Positions 16,693-24,747 of a stretch of DNA of 32,000 bases are shown here, piece after piece. The notes under the pieces were generated by a model. The model did not search any database, was not told where the DNA came from, and was given only the letters and a program-made list of their open reading frames with translations. Numbering within the stretch: the stretch's first letter is position 1; each line of letters opens with the position of its first letter. Made by a program: the position numbers and the translations under genes. Source of the stretch: Xanthomonas phage vB_Xar_IVIA-DoCa3; the sequence record ON911540.2; one strand, given 5' to 3'.

Positions 16693-17364
16693 TTACGAGA
16701 TCCGCGCTTTCTGCCAGTTGCCAAGCTCATTGGAGCTGCTAGTGCGCTTCACCCCATCCTGCTCCAGCGCGTTCATGATATCCTTGCGCAAGGCGAGGAC
16801 TGTGCTCTTTTCGGTCGGCTTTCCAGCTTCCTCCCACATGCGGTCAGCGACTGCCCAGATCTTCTCGCGCACACCGCTGGCCCTTGGGGCACCAGTTGCA
16901 GCGCGCGGGGCAGCAGCGGGCCGCACAGGCCGCGCAGCACCGCTGGCCGGTACGGTAGCACCGGCACGCACAGCGTCGCCCGTAGCGTCGGCAAACAACT
17001 CAGCAGGACGGGAAGCGCGAAACGAACCCTTCACATACTTGTAGGCCTTCTTGTCGCCGTCCCGAATACTATCTGCCTGGCGCTTGACCTCAAGCTCGTC
17101 CAGATCCGTGACAGGGAACTCCTCCGCAAACTGGAGGATCTTGGACTTCATCTCCGCGACAGGCATGTGGTCAGCTTGCCCCGGAAAGCACGATCGGAAA
17201 AGCATCTTGATCTCCATGTCTGTCTTGTGCTTGACTGTCATGTCGATCGGACAGACATTCACTGCGACGTCGGGGAGTTCAATATGGACCAGACCGCACA
17301 CAGCATTCACCGACGAATGCTTATGAACGATCTTCATGTTCTGCATGTCAAGACTAACGTACAT
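16693..17364 (-). CDS. Hypothetical protein (223 aa) with C-terminal segment related to the WRKF-domain proteins
   Basis: ORF packed between neighbours; A/P/R-rich linker followed by 'VREKIWAVADRMWEEAGKPTEKSTVLALRKDIMNALEQDGVKRTSSSNELGNWQKARIS'. Confidence 0.7.
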   Translation of the reverse strand: MYVSLDMQNMKIVHKHSSVNAVCGLVHIELPDVAVNVCPIDMTVKHKTDMEIKMLFRSCFPGQADHMPVAEMKSKILQFAEEFPVTDLDELEVKRQADSIRDGDKKAYKYVKGSFRASRPAELFADATGDAVRAGATVPASGAARPVRPAAAPRAATGAPRASGVREKIWAVADRMWEEAGKPTEKSTVLALRKDIMNALEQDGVKRTSSSNELGNWQKARIS

Positions 17365-17527
17365 CTTTCACCTCGCATCTGAAGGGCGCCCCTCCGTGCA
17401 TGTATGCCGCAAGCGGCTGTCGGCATTCTGCCTTGTGCTTGAAGCGCTCAGCGGTAGCGAACACCTCGGAGAAGATCAGATAGAGCACAAGGATAATGGC
17501 TGCAAGCACTAACAGAAACCGAATCAT
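17354..17527 (-). CDS. Small single-TM membrane protein (57 aa)
   Basis: MIRFLLVLAAIILVLYLIFSEVFATAERF; GGAGG upstream of the ATG; stop overlaps the next start. Confidence 0.6.
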   Translation of the reverse strand: MIRFLLVLAAIILVLYLIFSEVFATAERFKHKAECRQPLAAYMHGGAPFRCEVKDVR

Positions 17528-17539
17528 GGCATGCCTCCG

Positions 17540-17557
17540 GAGGGGCTTTCGCCCCTC
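17540..17557 (-). promoter_or_regulatory. GAAA-tetraloop hairpin immediately upstream of the 57-aa gene RBS
   Basis: Minus strand GAGGGGC-GAAA-GCCCCTC followed by CGGAGG Shine-Dalgarno; no T-run. Confidence 0.65.
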
Positions 17558-17567
17558 GTTGCTGTTA

Positions 17568-18098
17568 TTACTGACGGCCGCGGATGCCGTTGAACTTGCG
17601 CCACTGGTAGAACTCGATGGACGCATTGTTCGGATTCCAGCCGCGCTCTTCAGCCAGCGCCTTCACTTGCTTGGCGGTGGGCTGGGTGCCTGCTGCCACC
17701 ATGTCGTCCAGCGCATCCCACACAGCACGGCACTGACCGCCCACGGAGGGCTTCTTGATGCCGTTGCGTTCTTCGCGGGCCTTTTCAATCTTCAGGCCGC
17801 TGCTGGTGCGCTTGGCAGCGGCGGGAGCGCTGCGCTCCTCTTCTTTCTTCTCATTGGCACCGATCATCTGCTGAACCATCGTTGCCAGACCGCTCGGGGC
17901 GCTGACAGGCGCTTCTTCCTGCGCTTCCTTGGTGACCACAGCTTCCGGCGCAGCTTCTTCCGCACCCTTGGCGTCAGCGTAGTGCGCTTCCAGCGCGGCA
18001 CGCATGCCGTCATTGTTCATCTTGCCGTAGTTCTTGATGCCAGCTTCCTTGCAAGCCTGACGGAGTTCCACTTTGCCCATTTCGTTGAAGTTGATCAT
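17568..18098 (-). CDS. Protein with N-terminal SAP/HeH-like segment and C-terminal 'WRKFNGIRGR' domain
   Basis: 'MGKVELRQACKEAGIKNYGKMNNDGMRAALEAHY' then a linker then 'NGIKKP...YQWRKFNGIRGRQ'; leader CTAGGAGCTTAAA before the ATG. Confidence 0.75.
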   Translation of the reverse strand: MINFNEMGKVELRQACKEAGIKNYGKMNNDGMRAALEAHYADAKGAEEAAPEAVVTKEAQEEAPVSAPSGLATMVQQMIGANEKKEEERSAPAAAKRTSSGLKIEKAREERNGIKKPSVGGQCRAVWDALDDMVAAGTQPTAKQVKALAEERGWNPNNASIEFYQWRKFNGIRGRQ

Positions 18099-18164
18099 TT
18101 TAAGCTCCTAGAGGTTGATGGTCTTTCGACCGTTGTTTGATGCACCGCTGCATCCATGAATCGT

Positions 18165-18192
18165 ACTATAGACGAACTGGACAAAGATGCAA
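18165..18192 (-). promoter_or_regulatory. Candidate promoter TTGCAT-N16-TATAGT
   Basis: Minus-strand -35-like at 18187-18192 and -10-like at 18165-18170, directly after the helicase terminator-like hairpin. Confidence 0.65.
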
Positions 18193-18210
18193 GCCCTTTT
18201 TCAGGCTTGC
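18189..18210 (-). terminator. Stem-loop after the helicase gene
   Basis: Minus strand GCAAGCC-TGAAAAAG-GGCTTGC-ATCTTTG; 7-bp arms, in the 147-nt gap between helicase stop and next gene. Confidence 0.5.
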
Positions 18211-18245
18211 CCGTAAAAAGATTTTTATCGACATCTAAAAATCGA

Positions 18246-20021
18246 TTAGAACGGAATATCATCGTCCAGATCCGCATAGCTGGTCGGTTCGCTTGCCCGT
18301 TGATCCTCAAGCGGTGCGCTGTGGTGCGTCTGCACGCTGGGGCCTTCGTCGCCGTCACTTGCTTCCTGAGTGCCGAACGCTGTGCCATCAAAGCACGTCG
18401 CAAGGATTTCCGGATACTTCTTGTTGATCCAGACTCTCAGGTGCGTGGGCGTGCGTACCCTGTCAGCACGCTCCAGCGCTTCCGCTGTAGTGCTGGGCAT
18501 AGGCTCGTCGCTACGCGCACGCCACCAGTCGCGCGCCTTCTTGCCTGCATAGTTCGTATGCTCGACACAGACGAACTCTTCGAACATCCGATACCCGCAA
18601 TAGTAGGTGGCCTTCATCATCGGGGGCCTGCCCTCCTTCTTGTGCTCGATATAGGTGATGTGATCCACCTTGAACACTTCGACGACGGGCATGTCACCCT
18701 TGATCAGCTCCGCGGTGCTGGCACCCTGCTTCAGCTTGGTCTGGAACTTGAATTCGTATGTGCAGTTCGAACCGTCAGGCATCAGGCCATTACACCAGCG
18801 CAGGCTGGCATGAACCCATGTGTGGCAGCACGGGCATTCCTTGACAGGTGCATCGCCTCCCTTCTCACCCTTACGACGAGGAACCACAGGGTCATTGATC
18901 GGCCCGAGCCTGCGCGTGTTGTTCGCAAAGTCGAGCACCAGGCAATTCTCCTTCCCTGTCCAAGGGCTTGGGCGCGTACCACGGCCAAGCATCTGCACCC
19001 ATAGCACAGCTGACGCGGTAGGCCTCAGACAGAGGATCAGGTCAATGGCTGGGAAGTCGAACCCTGTGGTCAGCACGTTGTTATTCACTGCTGCACGGTA
19101 CTTCCCAGCCTTGAAGTCCCTGATCGCATTGTCGCGTTCCTTGTCACCCATCTTGGAGTGAATCGCGACAGTCGGGATCCCCATGTCGTTCATGATCTCA
19201 GCGGTGTGGATAGCATGTTCCACACCGGCAGCGAACACCAGCCAGTGATTCCGGTTCCAGCCTAGCTCCAGCGCCTCCTTGACTGCTGCGACTGTGATGT
19301 CCATCTTATCGACAGCCGTTTGCAGCTCGCTCGCTATGAACTCGCCGCCGCGCATATGAACGCCATCCACTTCCAACTTCGTCACAGTGCTCTTAGGCAC
19401 CAGCGGCGCAAGGAAGCCCTCAGCGATGAGCCGGTTGAATGCTTCGATGCCTGTGATGTCGAAACAGATGTCCGTGAATAGGCCTGGAACTTCTTCGCCC
19501 TTGTCGTTCTTCACAGGATCGGTCAGCTTCCCGTGCCCAAGCCGCCACGGGGTAGCAGTCAAACCGATCACCTTCAAGTTCGGGTTGATGCTCATGAGGC
19601 CCGACAGGAACGTCTGATACATGGTCGCTTCGCTGGGGCTTACGAGGTGCGCTTCGTCAATGATGACAAGATCCACATGGCCAAACATGGCCCACTTCTT
19701 AGCGACCGAACCGATACCAGCAAAGGTGATGGGCGCATGCACGTCCCGTCGGTTCAGGCCTGCGCTATACACACCAGCGGGCGCGAACGCCCACAAGCCC
19801 ATCAGCTTCTCATAGTTCTGTTGAATCAGCTCCTTAACGTGAGTGAGGATCATCACCCGCTGGTTCGGGTAATACTTGAACACCGACTCCAGGAACATCG
19901 CAATCACGACGCTCTTACCCGTACCCGTGGGCATAGCGACAACAGGGTTCCCCGTGTTGTTCCCGAAGTAAGTATAGATCGCGCTGACTGCTTCGACCTG
20001 ATAGCTTCGAGCCTGGATCAT
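18246..20021 (-). CDS. SF2 DEAD/DEAH-type helicase
   Basis: Walker A 'VVAMPTGTGKSVVIA', Walker B 'VDLVIIDEAH', 'VIGLTATPWR', 'NVLTTGFDFPAIDLILCLRPTASAVLWVQMLGRGTRP'; ATG at 20021. Confidence 0.93.
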   Translation of the reverse strand: MIQARSYQVEAVSAIYTYFGNNTGNPVVAMPTGTGKSVVIAMFLESVFKYYPNQRVMILTHVKELIQQNYEKLMGLWAFAPAGVYSAGLNRRDVHAPITFAGIGSVAKKWAMFGHVDLVIIDEAHLVSPSEATMYQTFLSGLMSINPNLKVIGLTATPWRLGHGKLTDPVKNDKGEEVPGLFTDICFDITGIEAFNRLIAEGFLAPLVPKSTVTKLEVDGVHMRGGEFIASELQTAVDKMDITVAAVKEALELGWNRNHWLVFAAGVEHAIHTAEIMNDMGIPTVAIHSKMGDKERDNAIRDFKAGKYRAAVNNNVLTTGFDFPAIDLILCLRPTASAVLWVQMLGRGTRPSPWTGKENCLVLDFANNTRRLGPINDPVVPRRKGEKGGDAPVKECPCCHTWVHASLRWCNGLMPDGSNCTYEFKFQTKLKQGASTAELIKGDMPVVEVFKVDHITYIEHKKEGRPPMMKATYYCGYRMFEEFVCVEHTNYAGKKARDWWRARSDEPMPSTTAEALERADRVRTPTHLRVWINKKYPEILATCFDGTAFGTQEASDGDEGPSVQTHHSAPLEDQRASEPTSYADLDDDIPF

Positions 20022-20953
20022 CCGAACACCTTCCGAGGGACGTACTCTTCGCAGCCCACGAGCTGCACCTCTTTTGAGATCACTTCGTTGGCACCTTCGC
20101 CCATAGGTTGGACAGGCCTGTTGCAGATCCACTTGGCACCTTCAGCGGGTTCGCTGTAAGCGCACGTCCGGCAGTTCTTATCCGGAGCAGCCTTGAGGTG
20201 GCAGACGGGCCTGTGGTCACACCATCTGCACTTGAAGAATCCGGGGGACTCGTTCAGCTTGTTCGGGGGCTCGGGCATCCAGACGATCTTCTCTCCGCGG
20301 TCTAAGAACTGATCCGCCACCGCGCTATCCAGAGGAATGATCTCACCGTAGAGCTCGTCATTGTTCTTATTGACTGCAAGGTACAGCGCCACAGCGATGC
20401 CCATCTTGCGCATATACACGTTCATCTGAACGTAGTGCTCGAACTTGGCGTCACGCACACCCTTGGCCTTCAGTTCGGTGAAGGACTTATCGTTGTGAGT
20501 CTTGAACTCACTTAGCGCAGCAGTACCAGGAGGAAGATCGGGCAAGCCTATGACCACACCGTCTCCGCTGCCTCCGAAGTGGCCCTCCGCGTGAGAGATA
20601 CGGAACTGGTTCCCGTTCTCGTCCTGCTGATACACTTCGCAACCGATCATCAGCAGCATTGCGATGAAACGTGCTTCCTCCAGGTGTCCGCGATTGAACA
20701 AGCGCAGCAGGCGGCCCTCAAAGTTCGATTTCGTTGCCCAGCGGAAGTTATACCAGATCGCGCGAGCACATTCCCCGCCAATGAGAGATGCGCCCATGTG
20801 CGAGCGGTGCCCCTCGTTGCCCGTGCGGTATGCGTCACCGATGTGCCCGATCACCTTTCCGAGCCACTCACGGAAGGCAGACCCTTGATCCGCCTTCACC
20901 ATTGCGTCAATCTTTGCGACAGTGTGCGTCGCGAGAATTACATTAGGCATCAC
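20018..20953 (-). CDS. PD-(D/E)XK (RecB/Cas4-like) nuclease with C-terminal Cys cluster
   Basis: 'GSGDGVVIGLPDLPPGTAALSEFKTH' (D..EXK) and 'CRWCDHRPVCH...NCRTCAYSEP....WIC'; ATGA overlap with the helicase start. Confidence 0.7.
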   Translation of the reverse strand: MMPNVILATHTVAKIDAMVKADQGSAFREWLGKVIGHIGDAYRTGNEGHRSHMGASLIGGECARAIWYNFRWATKSNFEGRLLRLFNRGHLEEARFIAMLLMIGCEVYQQDENGNQFRISHAEGHFGGSGDGVVIGLPDLPPGTAALSEFKTHNDKSFTELKAKGVRDAKFEHYVQMNVYMRKMGIAVALYLAVNKNNDELYGEIIPLDSAVADQFLDRGEKIVWMPEPPNKLNESPGFFKCRWCDHRPVCHLKAAPDKNCRTCAYSEPAEGAKWICNRPVQPMGEGANEVISKEVQLVGCEEYVPRKVFG

Positions 20954-20977
20954 GCCTCCTTATGTGACTCAGAGAGC

Positions 20978-21169
20978 TTAGGGGAGCTTGAGCAAGTCCC
21001 GGCACCGTCCGCAGTGCCCGCCAACCAGTCGTTCGAAGTGTTCGTCACAGTGCTTGCAGATACCAGGCACACCCTTGGGCATGTTCGCCGCTCTTGCGCT
21101 TATCTCCCGAATATGCGCCTCATCCAGCACTTCCGCGTCTTTGAGTGCGCGGTCAGCATCATCTGCCAT
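20978..21169 (-). CDS. DksA/TraR-like C4 zinc-finger protein (63 aa)
   Basis: 'MADDADRALKDAEVLDEAHIREISARAANMPKGVPGICKHCDEHFERLVGGHCGRCRD'; short phage TraR-type architecture; GGAG at good spacing to this ATG. Confidence 0.55.
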   Translation of the reverse strand: MADDADRALKDAEVLDEAHIREISARAANMPKGVPGICKHCDEHFERLVGGHCGRCRDLLKLP

Positions 21170-21185
21170 TATCACATCTCCTCGG

Positions 21186-21218
21186 AAAAAGAGGGCACAC
21201 CCTTTCGAGTGCGCCCTC
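21186..21218 (-). terminator. Strong intrinsic terminator after the DUF669-like gene
   Basis: Minus strand GAGGGCGCAC-TCGAAAGG-GTGTGCCCTC-TTTTT: 10-bp stem (one G.U) and T5. Confidence 0.9.
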
Positions 21219-21231
21219 CATGCTGGTCAGC

Positions 21232-22074
21232 TTATTGCTGAGGTTGAGCCCAGGGCGGGGTGGCGGTCTGCGGATTGAAACCCGCCGGCGCTGCCTGCTG
21301 GGGTGCCGGAGCGGCTTGCTGGGGAGCGGGCTGCTGAACCGGAGCTTGCTGCTGGGGCGCTTGCTGCCAGGGCTGGGCCGCTGCGGGCTGCTGCCAGGGC
21401 TGCTGGGCCGGTGCAGCTTGCGCCGGGGCCTGTTGCGGCTGGGGTGCCGGTTGCTGGGCCGGGGCCTGCTGCCACGGCTGCTGCGGAGCGGCCTGGGGTG
21501 CGGGCGCTTGCTGCTGTGCGGGCTGCTGCCACGGTTGCTGTGCGGGTGCCTGCTGGGGCGCAGCTTGCGGAGCGAAACCACCTTGCGGGGCACCGAAGCC
21601 CGGAGGCATGCCGCCAGCCGGCGCACCGCTGAAGCCACCTGCCGGAGCGGCAGCCTGGGAGCCCATATCGACCTGCTCGTTGATGTTCTTGATCGAGCTG
21701 ATCTCGTTGGAGTCCTCGTACTGACCGGAGGTGTCCTTGCGGAGCTTCACCTTGATCTTCATGGGCAGGCCGTGCAGCTGGCTGGAGTCCTGGACGTGCA
21801 GAACGCCGACAGCGTGCGCGATCGCCGACAGTTGCTTGTAGGCGATTTCCTGGGCCACCGGATTGGTGTTGCGCAGGTTCAGGCGCATGTAGATCTTGCG
21901 GTTGGCGTACTGGCCGTCGATGATGTTGAAACGGGTCTGAAGGTAAGCACCGGAGCCGTCCTTGGTCGGCTTCATCTCCGACTCGTCGATCATCGCGTTA
22001 TACCAGCCCGCGGGGACGGTCTCGAAACCGAGATCCGGGGCGACTTGGGTTGCATCAAAGTTCAATTGTGCCAT
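21232..22074 (-). CDS. DUF669-like (SSB-like) protein with a long Q/A/P-rich tail
   Basis: N-terminal 'MAQLNFDATQVAPDLGFETVPAGWYNAMIDESEMKPTKDGSGAYLQTRFNIIDG...NLRNTNPVAQEIAYKQLSAI'; C-terminal third is low-complexity QQAPAPQ-type. Confidence 0.75.
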   Translation of the reverse strand: MAQLNFDATQVAPDLGFETVPAGWYNAMIDESEMKPTKDGSGAYLQTRFNIIDGQYANRKIYMRLNLRNTNPVAQEIAYKQLSAIAHAVGVLHVQDSSQLHGLPMKIKVKLRKDTSGQYEDSNEISSIKNINEQVDMGSQAAAPAGGFSGAPAGGMPPGFGAPQGGFAPQAAPQQAPAQQPWQQPAQQQAPAPQAAPQQPWQQAPAQQPAPQPQQAPAQAAPAQQPWQQPAAAQPWQQAPQQQAPVQQPAPQQAAPAPQQAAPAGFNPQTATPPWAQPQQ

Positions 22075-22079
22075 GGCTT

Positions 22080-22805
22080 TTAAGCTCCTAGGATTTTGGC
22101 AAAACACGCACTGAGGAAAGGAGGTTCCAACGGAGCGAGTGCGCCACTCCGATCCTTTGCTTCGAACTGCAGATCGGGTTGAGTCTGCAAGAATCGATAG
22201 GTTTCACCCTGCGGCGTCTTATTGACACCGAGGCGGAATACTTCATCGAAGAAGTACGGGATCTTCGAACCCAGCTTGGAACCGGGCATCGACGGGCCGT
22301 ACTTGACCACACCAGTCATCTCGTCTTTCATGGGCTCCATCTTCGCAGCCACATAGACGTTCTTCCCGGGCAGGTCACGGAACAGGCGGATCAGTGTTTC
22401 CATCTTCTCGATCAGCTCACCGTAGGCCTGGCGCGGGTCTTTGACCTGCCGCTTAGCATTGTTGAGCACGACTTCAGCGATTTCGGAAATGCTGTCCAGA
22501 CCGACGCTTGCGAATTGCTTCGCTTCCGCGCTGCGAGCACACCACTCATAGGCGTCCGTCAGGTCTTGCACGTTCGTCACGGTGATGATGGGCATGTTGT
22601 AACAGATGTTCGGGTTGCCCACACCGAACAGACGCTCCAGGTTAGCCTTGCGGAGCGACAGCACACCGGACTCGGCGCTGATCAGCACGGGGGCAGGCAG
22701 GGTGGCGGACAGAACCGTCTTACCCATACCCGCGCCACCATAGACCAGCGCTTTCACTCCGGAGAGCTGTGACGCCTGCTCAGCTGTGGTGAATTGCAAA
22801 GCCAT
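22080..22805 (-). CDS. Sak4/AAA_24-like RecA-fold ATPase (putative single-strand annealing recombinase)
   Basis: Walker A 'ALVYGGAGMGKTVLSATLP', 'ASVGLDSISEIAEVVL', paired with the DUF669 gene. Confidence 0.8.
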   Translation of the reverse strand: MALQFTTAEQASQLSGVKALVYGGAGMGKTVLSATLPAPVLISAESGVLSLRKANLERLFGVGNPNICYNMPIITVTNVQDLTDAYEWCARSAEAKQFASVGLDSISEIAEVVLNNAKRQVKDPRQAYGELIEKMETLIRLFRDLPGKNVYVAAKMEPMKDEMTGVVKYGPSMPGSKLGSKIPYFFDEVFRLGVNKTPQGETYRFLQTQPDLQFEAKDRSGALAPLEPPFLSACFAKILGA

Positions 22806-23695
22806 CAGCCTTCTCCTTTGTCAAACTCGTCGGCGAGCTTTTGCAGCCGACCCCGTACTTCCTCAACTTCCTTGCAGCGTTCGTTCCAAAGGCTGAACTC
22901 TACCAGACTTTCAACTTCTTTGCTCACGAGACGATGCAGGTATTGCGGGCTGAGCGCATCGAGCTCCCAGCTTTCCTCGCCGTACTGCGCCCGATAGGAC
23001 TCATAACGGCTGTCAGTGACCTTGGCAGGGTTGGGCGGAGGGTTCTGCTCCTCAACCTGATCCATGTTCAAGGCCAGCCTGCGGAAGTCAATGCTCACGC
23101 GGTGCCTGCTGAACAGCTCGAGGCGTTCGTGCAGGTCGCGCGACATATCGATGCCGCTGGGATCATGGTCTCCAAGGTGCAAGACCACAATTTCCTGGCT
23201 TGCCCGCATTATACGGGTCTTGGCCAGCTCGCGCAACGTGGTGGCGCTAGGATATCCGCGAGCCGGAAGGAGCGGAACATCCCATTCCTTGCAGGTGCGC
23301 TCCAGTACGCCTGCCAGCGCTTCCTTCTCCACCACGACGATGACGCGATTCGGTTGATCCGACCACAAGTCCTCGTGATAACTCTGCGCGCACGCTTGCA
23401 GAATGTCACTACCGCTGGACCAGTGCGAGCGCTCCAGAATGCCGCGCGTGCGGTCTTCGATAGCGTCCCAGTCGATAAGACCGGCGAGTCGAGCATTCGT
23501 CATCAGGGCGACGATGTTGTCATAGCTGCGGACGGTGTTCTCGATATGCCCACGCGCCACGAGCTGGTAGTAAAGCTGGCGGATCGTCAGGCGGTAGCCC
23601 TGCCCATTGTAGTCCGTGACGATCTCGTCGCAGAGTGCAATCAGCTTGAGCGACGCCTTGTGAAACCGCGGAGCGTCGATGTAGGCTTCTTTCAT
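22805..23695 (-). CDS. TopoVI-A/Spo11-like protein with TOPRIM domain
   Basis: 'YRLTIRQLYYQLVARGHIENT' (5Y-CAP-like with adjacent tyrosines), TOPRIM 'VIVVVEKEALAGVL' and 'VVLHLGDHDPSGIDM'. Confidence 0.65.
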   Translation of the reverse strand: MKEAYIDAPRFHKASLKLIALCDEIVTDYNGQGYRLTIRQLYYQLVARGHIENTVRSYDNIVALMTNARLAGLIDWDAIEDRTRGILERSHWSSGSDILQACAQSYHEDLWSDQPNRVIVVVEKEALAGVLERTCKEWDVPLLPARGYPSATTLRELAKTRIMRASQEIVVLHLGDHDPSGIDMSRDLHERLELFSRHRVSIDFRRLALNMDQVEEQNPPPNPAKVTDSRYESYRAQYGEESWELDALSPQYLHRLVSKEVESLVEFSLWNERCKEVEEVRGRLQKLADEFDKGEG

Positions 23696-23847
23696 GCGGG
23701 CACCCACACATTCTCAGAATTATAGTGCCCAGTCTGCCCATGCAAGCTGAAAGACAGTGTTCCCGGGCTGGACAGATACAACGTCTGACCGTCCATGGGC
23801 CCGCCTTTCATCACATAAGCAATCTTCTTCACCCGGATGCGTTTCAT
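23692..23847 (-). CDS. Small protein MKRIRVKKIAYVMKGGPMDGQTLYLSSPGTLSFSLHGQTGHYNSENVWVPA (51 aa)
   Basis: Not in the supplied track (<60 aa); ATGA overlaps at both ends with the ligase stop and the TOPRIM gene start. Confidence 0.6.
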   Translation of the reverse strand: MKRIRVKKIAYVMKGGPMDGQTLYLSSPGTLSFSLHGQTGHYNSENVWVPA

Positions 23848-24746
23848 TTCACTTCTCCCATGTCAAGAGGGTTGCGGAAGCCCAGGAACACGGGAAAGCG
23901 CGGGGCTTCCTTCACGCCAACCTCGAAATGCTTGTACTTGGCGATCTTGCCCGCCAGCGTACCAGCCAGCCACATGGCCCACAGTTCCGCGCGCTGCGCT
24001 GCCGTGTAGCCCGTACCGATATTGAACTCGATACCTGTGGTCACGTCGCGCACCTTCAACGCGCCCAGCGTGCCCATGGGCACCTTGCCGTCCTGATGCG
24101 AACTGCGCTTCGTGTATCCGAGCTCATCGAGTGTTGCCTCGTTGGCATTGTGCATGAGCTCTTCCACACCGATGACCACAGCTTCCGAGTCAGCAAAGCG
24201 CTTCACCTTGAGCAGATAGCCTTCGCGCGCGGTACTGCGACCGAACTTGTAGATGCCTTTCGGATCGCGGATCATCACACCCTCGAAGCCCTGCTCCAGA
24301 GTGATGGTCTCGAACGCGCGGAGCTCTTGCTCGTTATGGACGAGCGTCTGCTTCAGCAGCCTGATCCGCGGGTAGTTACCCAGCGCACCATCTTTGAAGG
24401 CACGCTCCATCAGGCGCAAGCGCTCGCCGTAGGGCATCTTGGCATCCGTGAAGAAGTCGAACACCCAAAAGGTGAAATCCGGTTCTCCGTCGCGGGACAT
24501 GACGCCGCTGGTCGTTGCCTGCATCACGTTCTTGTCGTTTGCAGGGCCCACCGTGAGCTCACCGTCCAGCCCGTTGAACAGGGCTTGCCCGAGGTAGTCC
24601 TGGACGAACCCGTTCGGGATGGGTTTCATGGTGCGCGACATTGCCATGTCTTCGTTGATGACAGAGCGAATGCCGTCCAGCTTGGCGCTGGCATAGACGG
24701 GGAACTTAATTTCCTTCGGTGCTTCCACCGCGAGCATGGGCTTCAT
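23844..24746 (-). CDS. ATP-dependent DNA ligase
   Basis: Motif I 'ASAKLDGIRSV', 'LDGELTVG', 'TFWVFDFF', 'EGVMIRDP', 'YLLKVKRFADSEAVVIG'. Confidence 0.9.
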   Translation of the reverse strand: MKPMLAVEAPKEIKFPVYASAKLDGIRSVINEDMAMSRTMKPIPNGFVQDYLGQALFNGLDGELTVGPANDKNVMQATTSGVMSRDGEPDFTFWVFDFFTDAKMPYGERLRLMERAFKDGALGNYPRIRLLKQTLVHNEQELRAFETITLEQGFEGVMIRDPKGIYKFGRSTAREGYLLKVKRFADSEAVVIGVEELMHNANEATLDELGYTKRSSHQDGKVPMGTLGALKVRDVTTGIEFNIGTGYTAAQRAELWAMWLAGTLAGKIAKYKHFEVGVKEAPRFPVFLGFRNPLDMGEVK

Positions 24747-24747
24747 C

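Noticed and set aside
21145-22083. 312-aa plus-strand G/L/R-rich ORF
   Set aside because: Shadow of the Q/A/P-rich repeat tail of the DUF669-like gene on the other strand.
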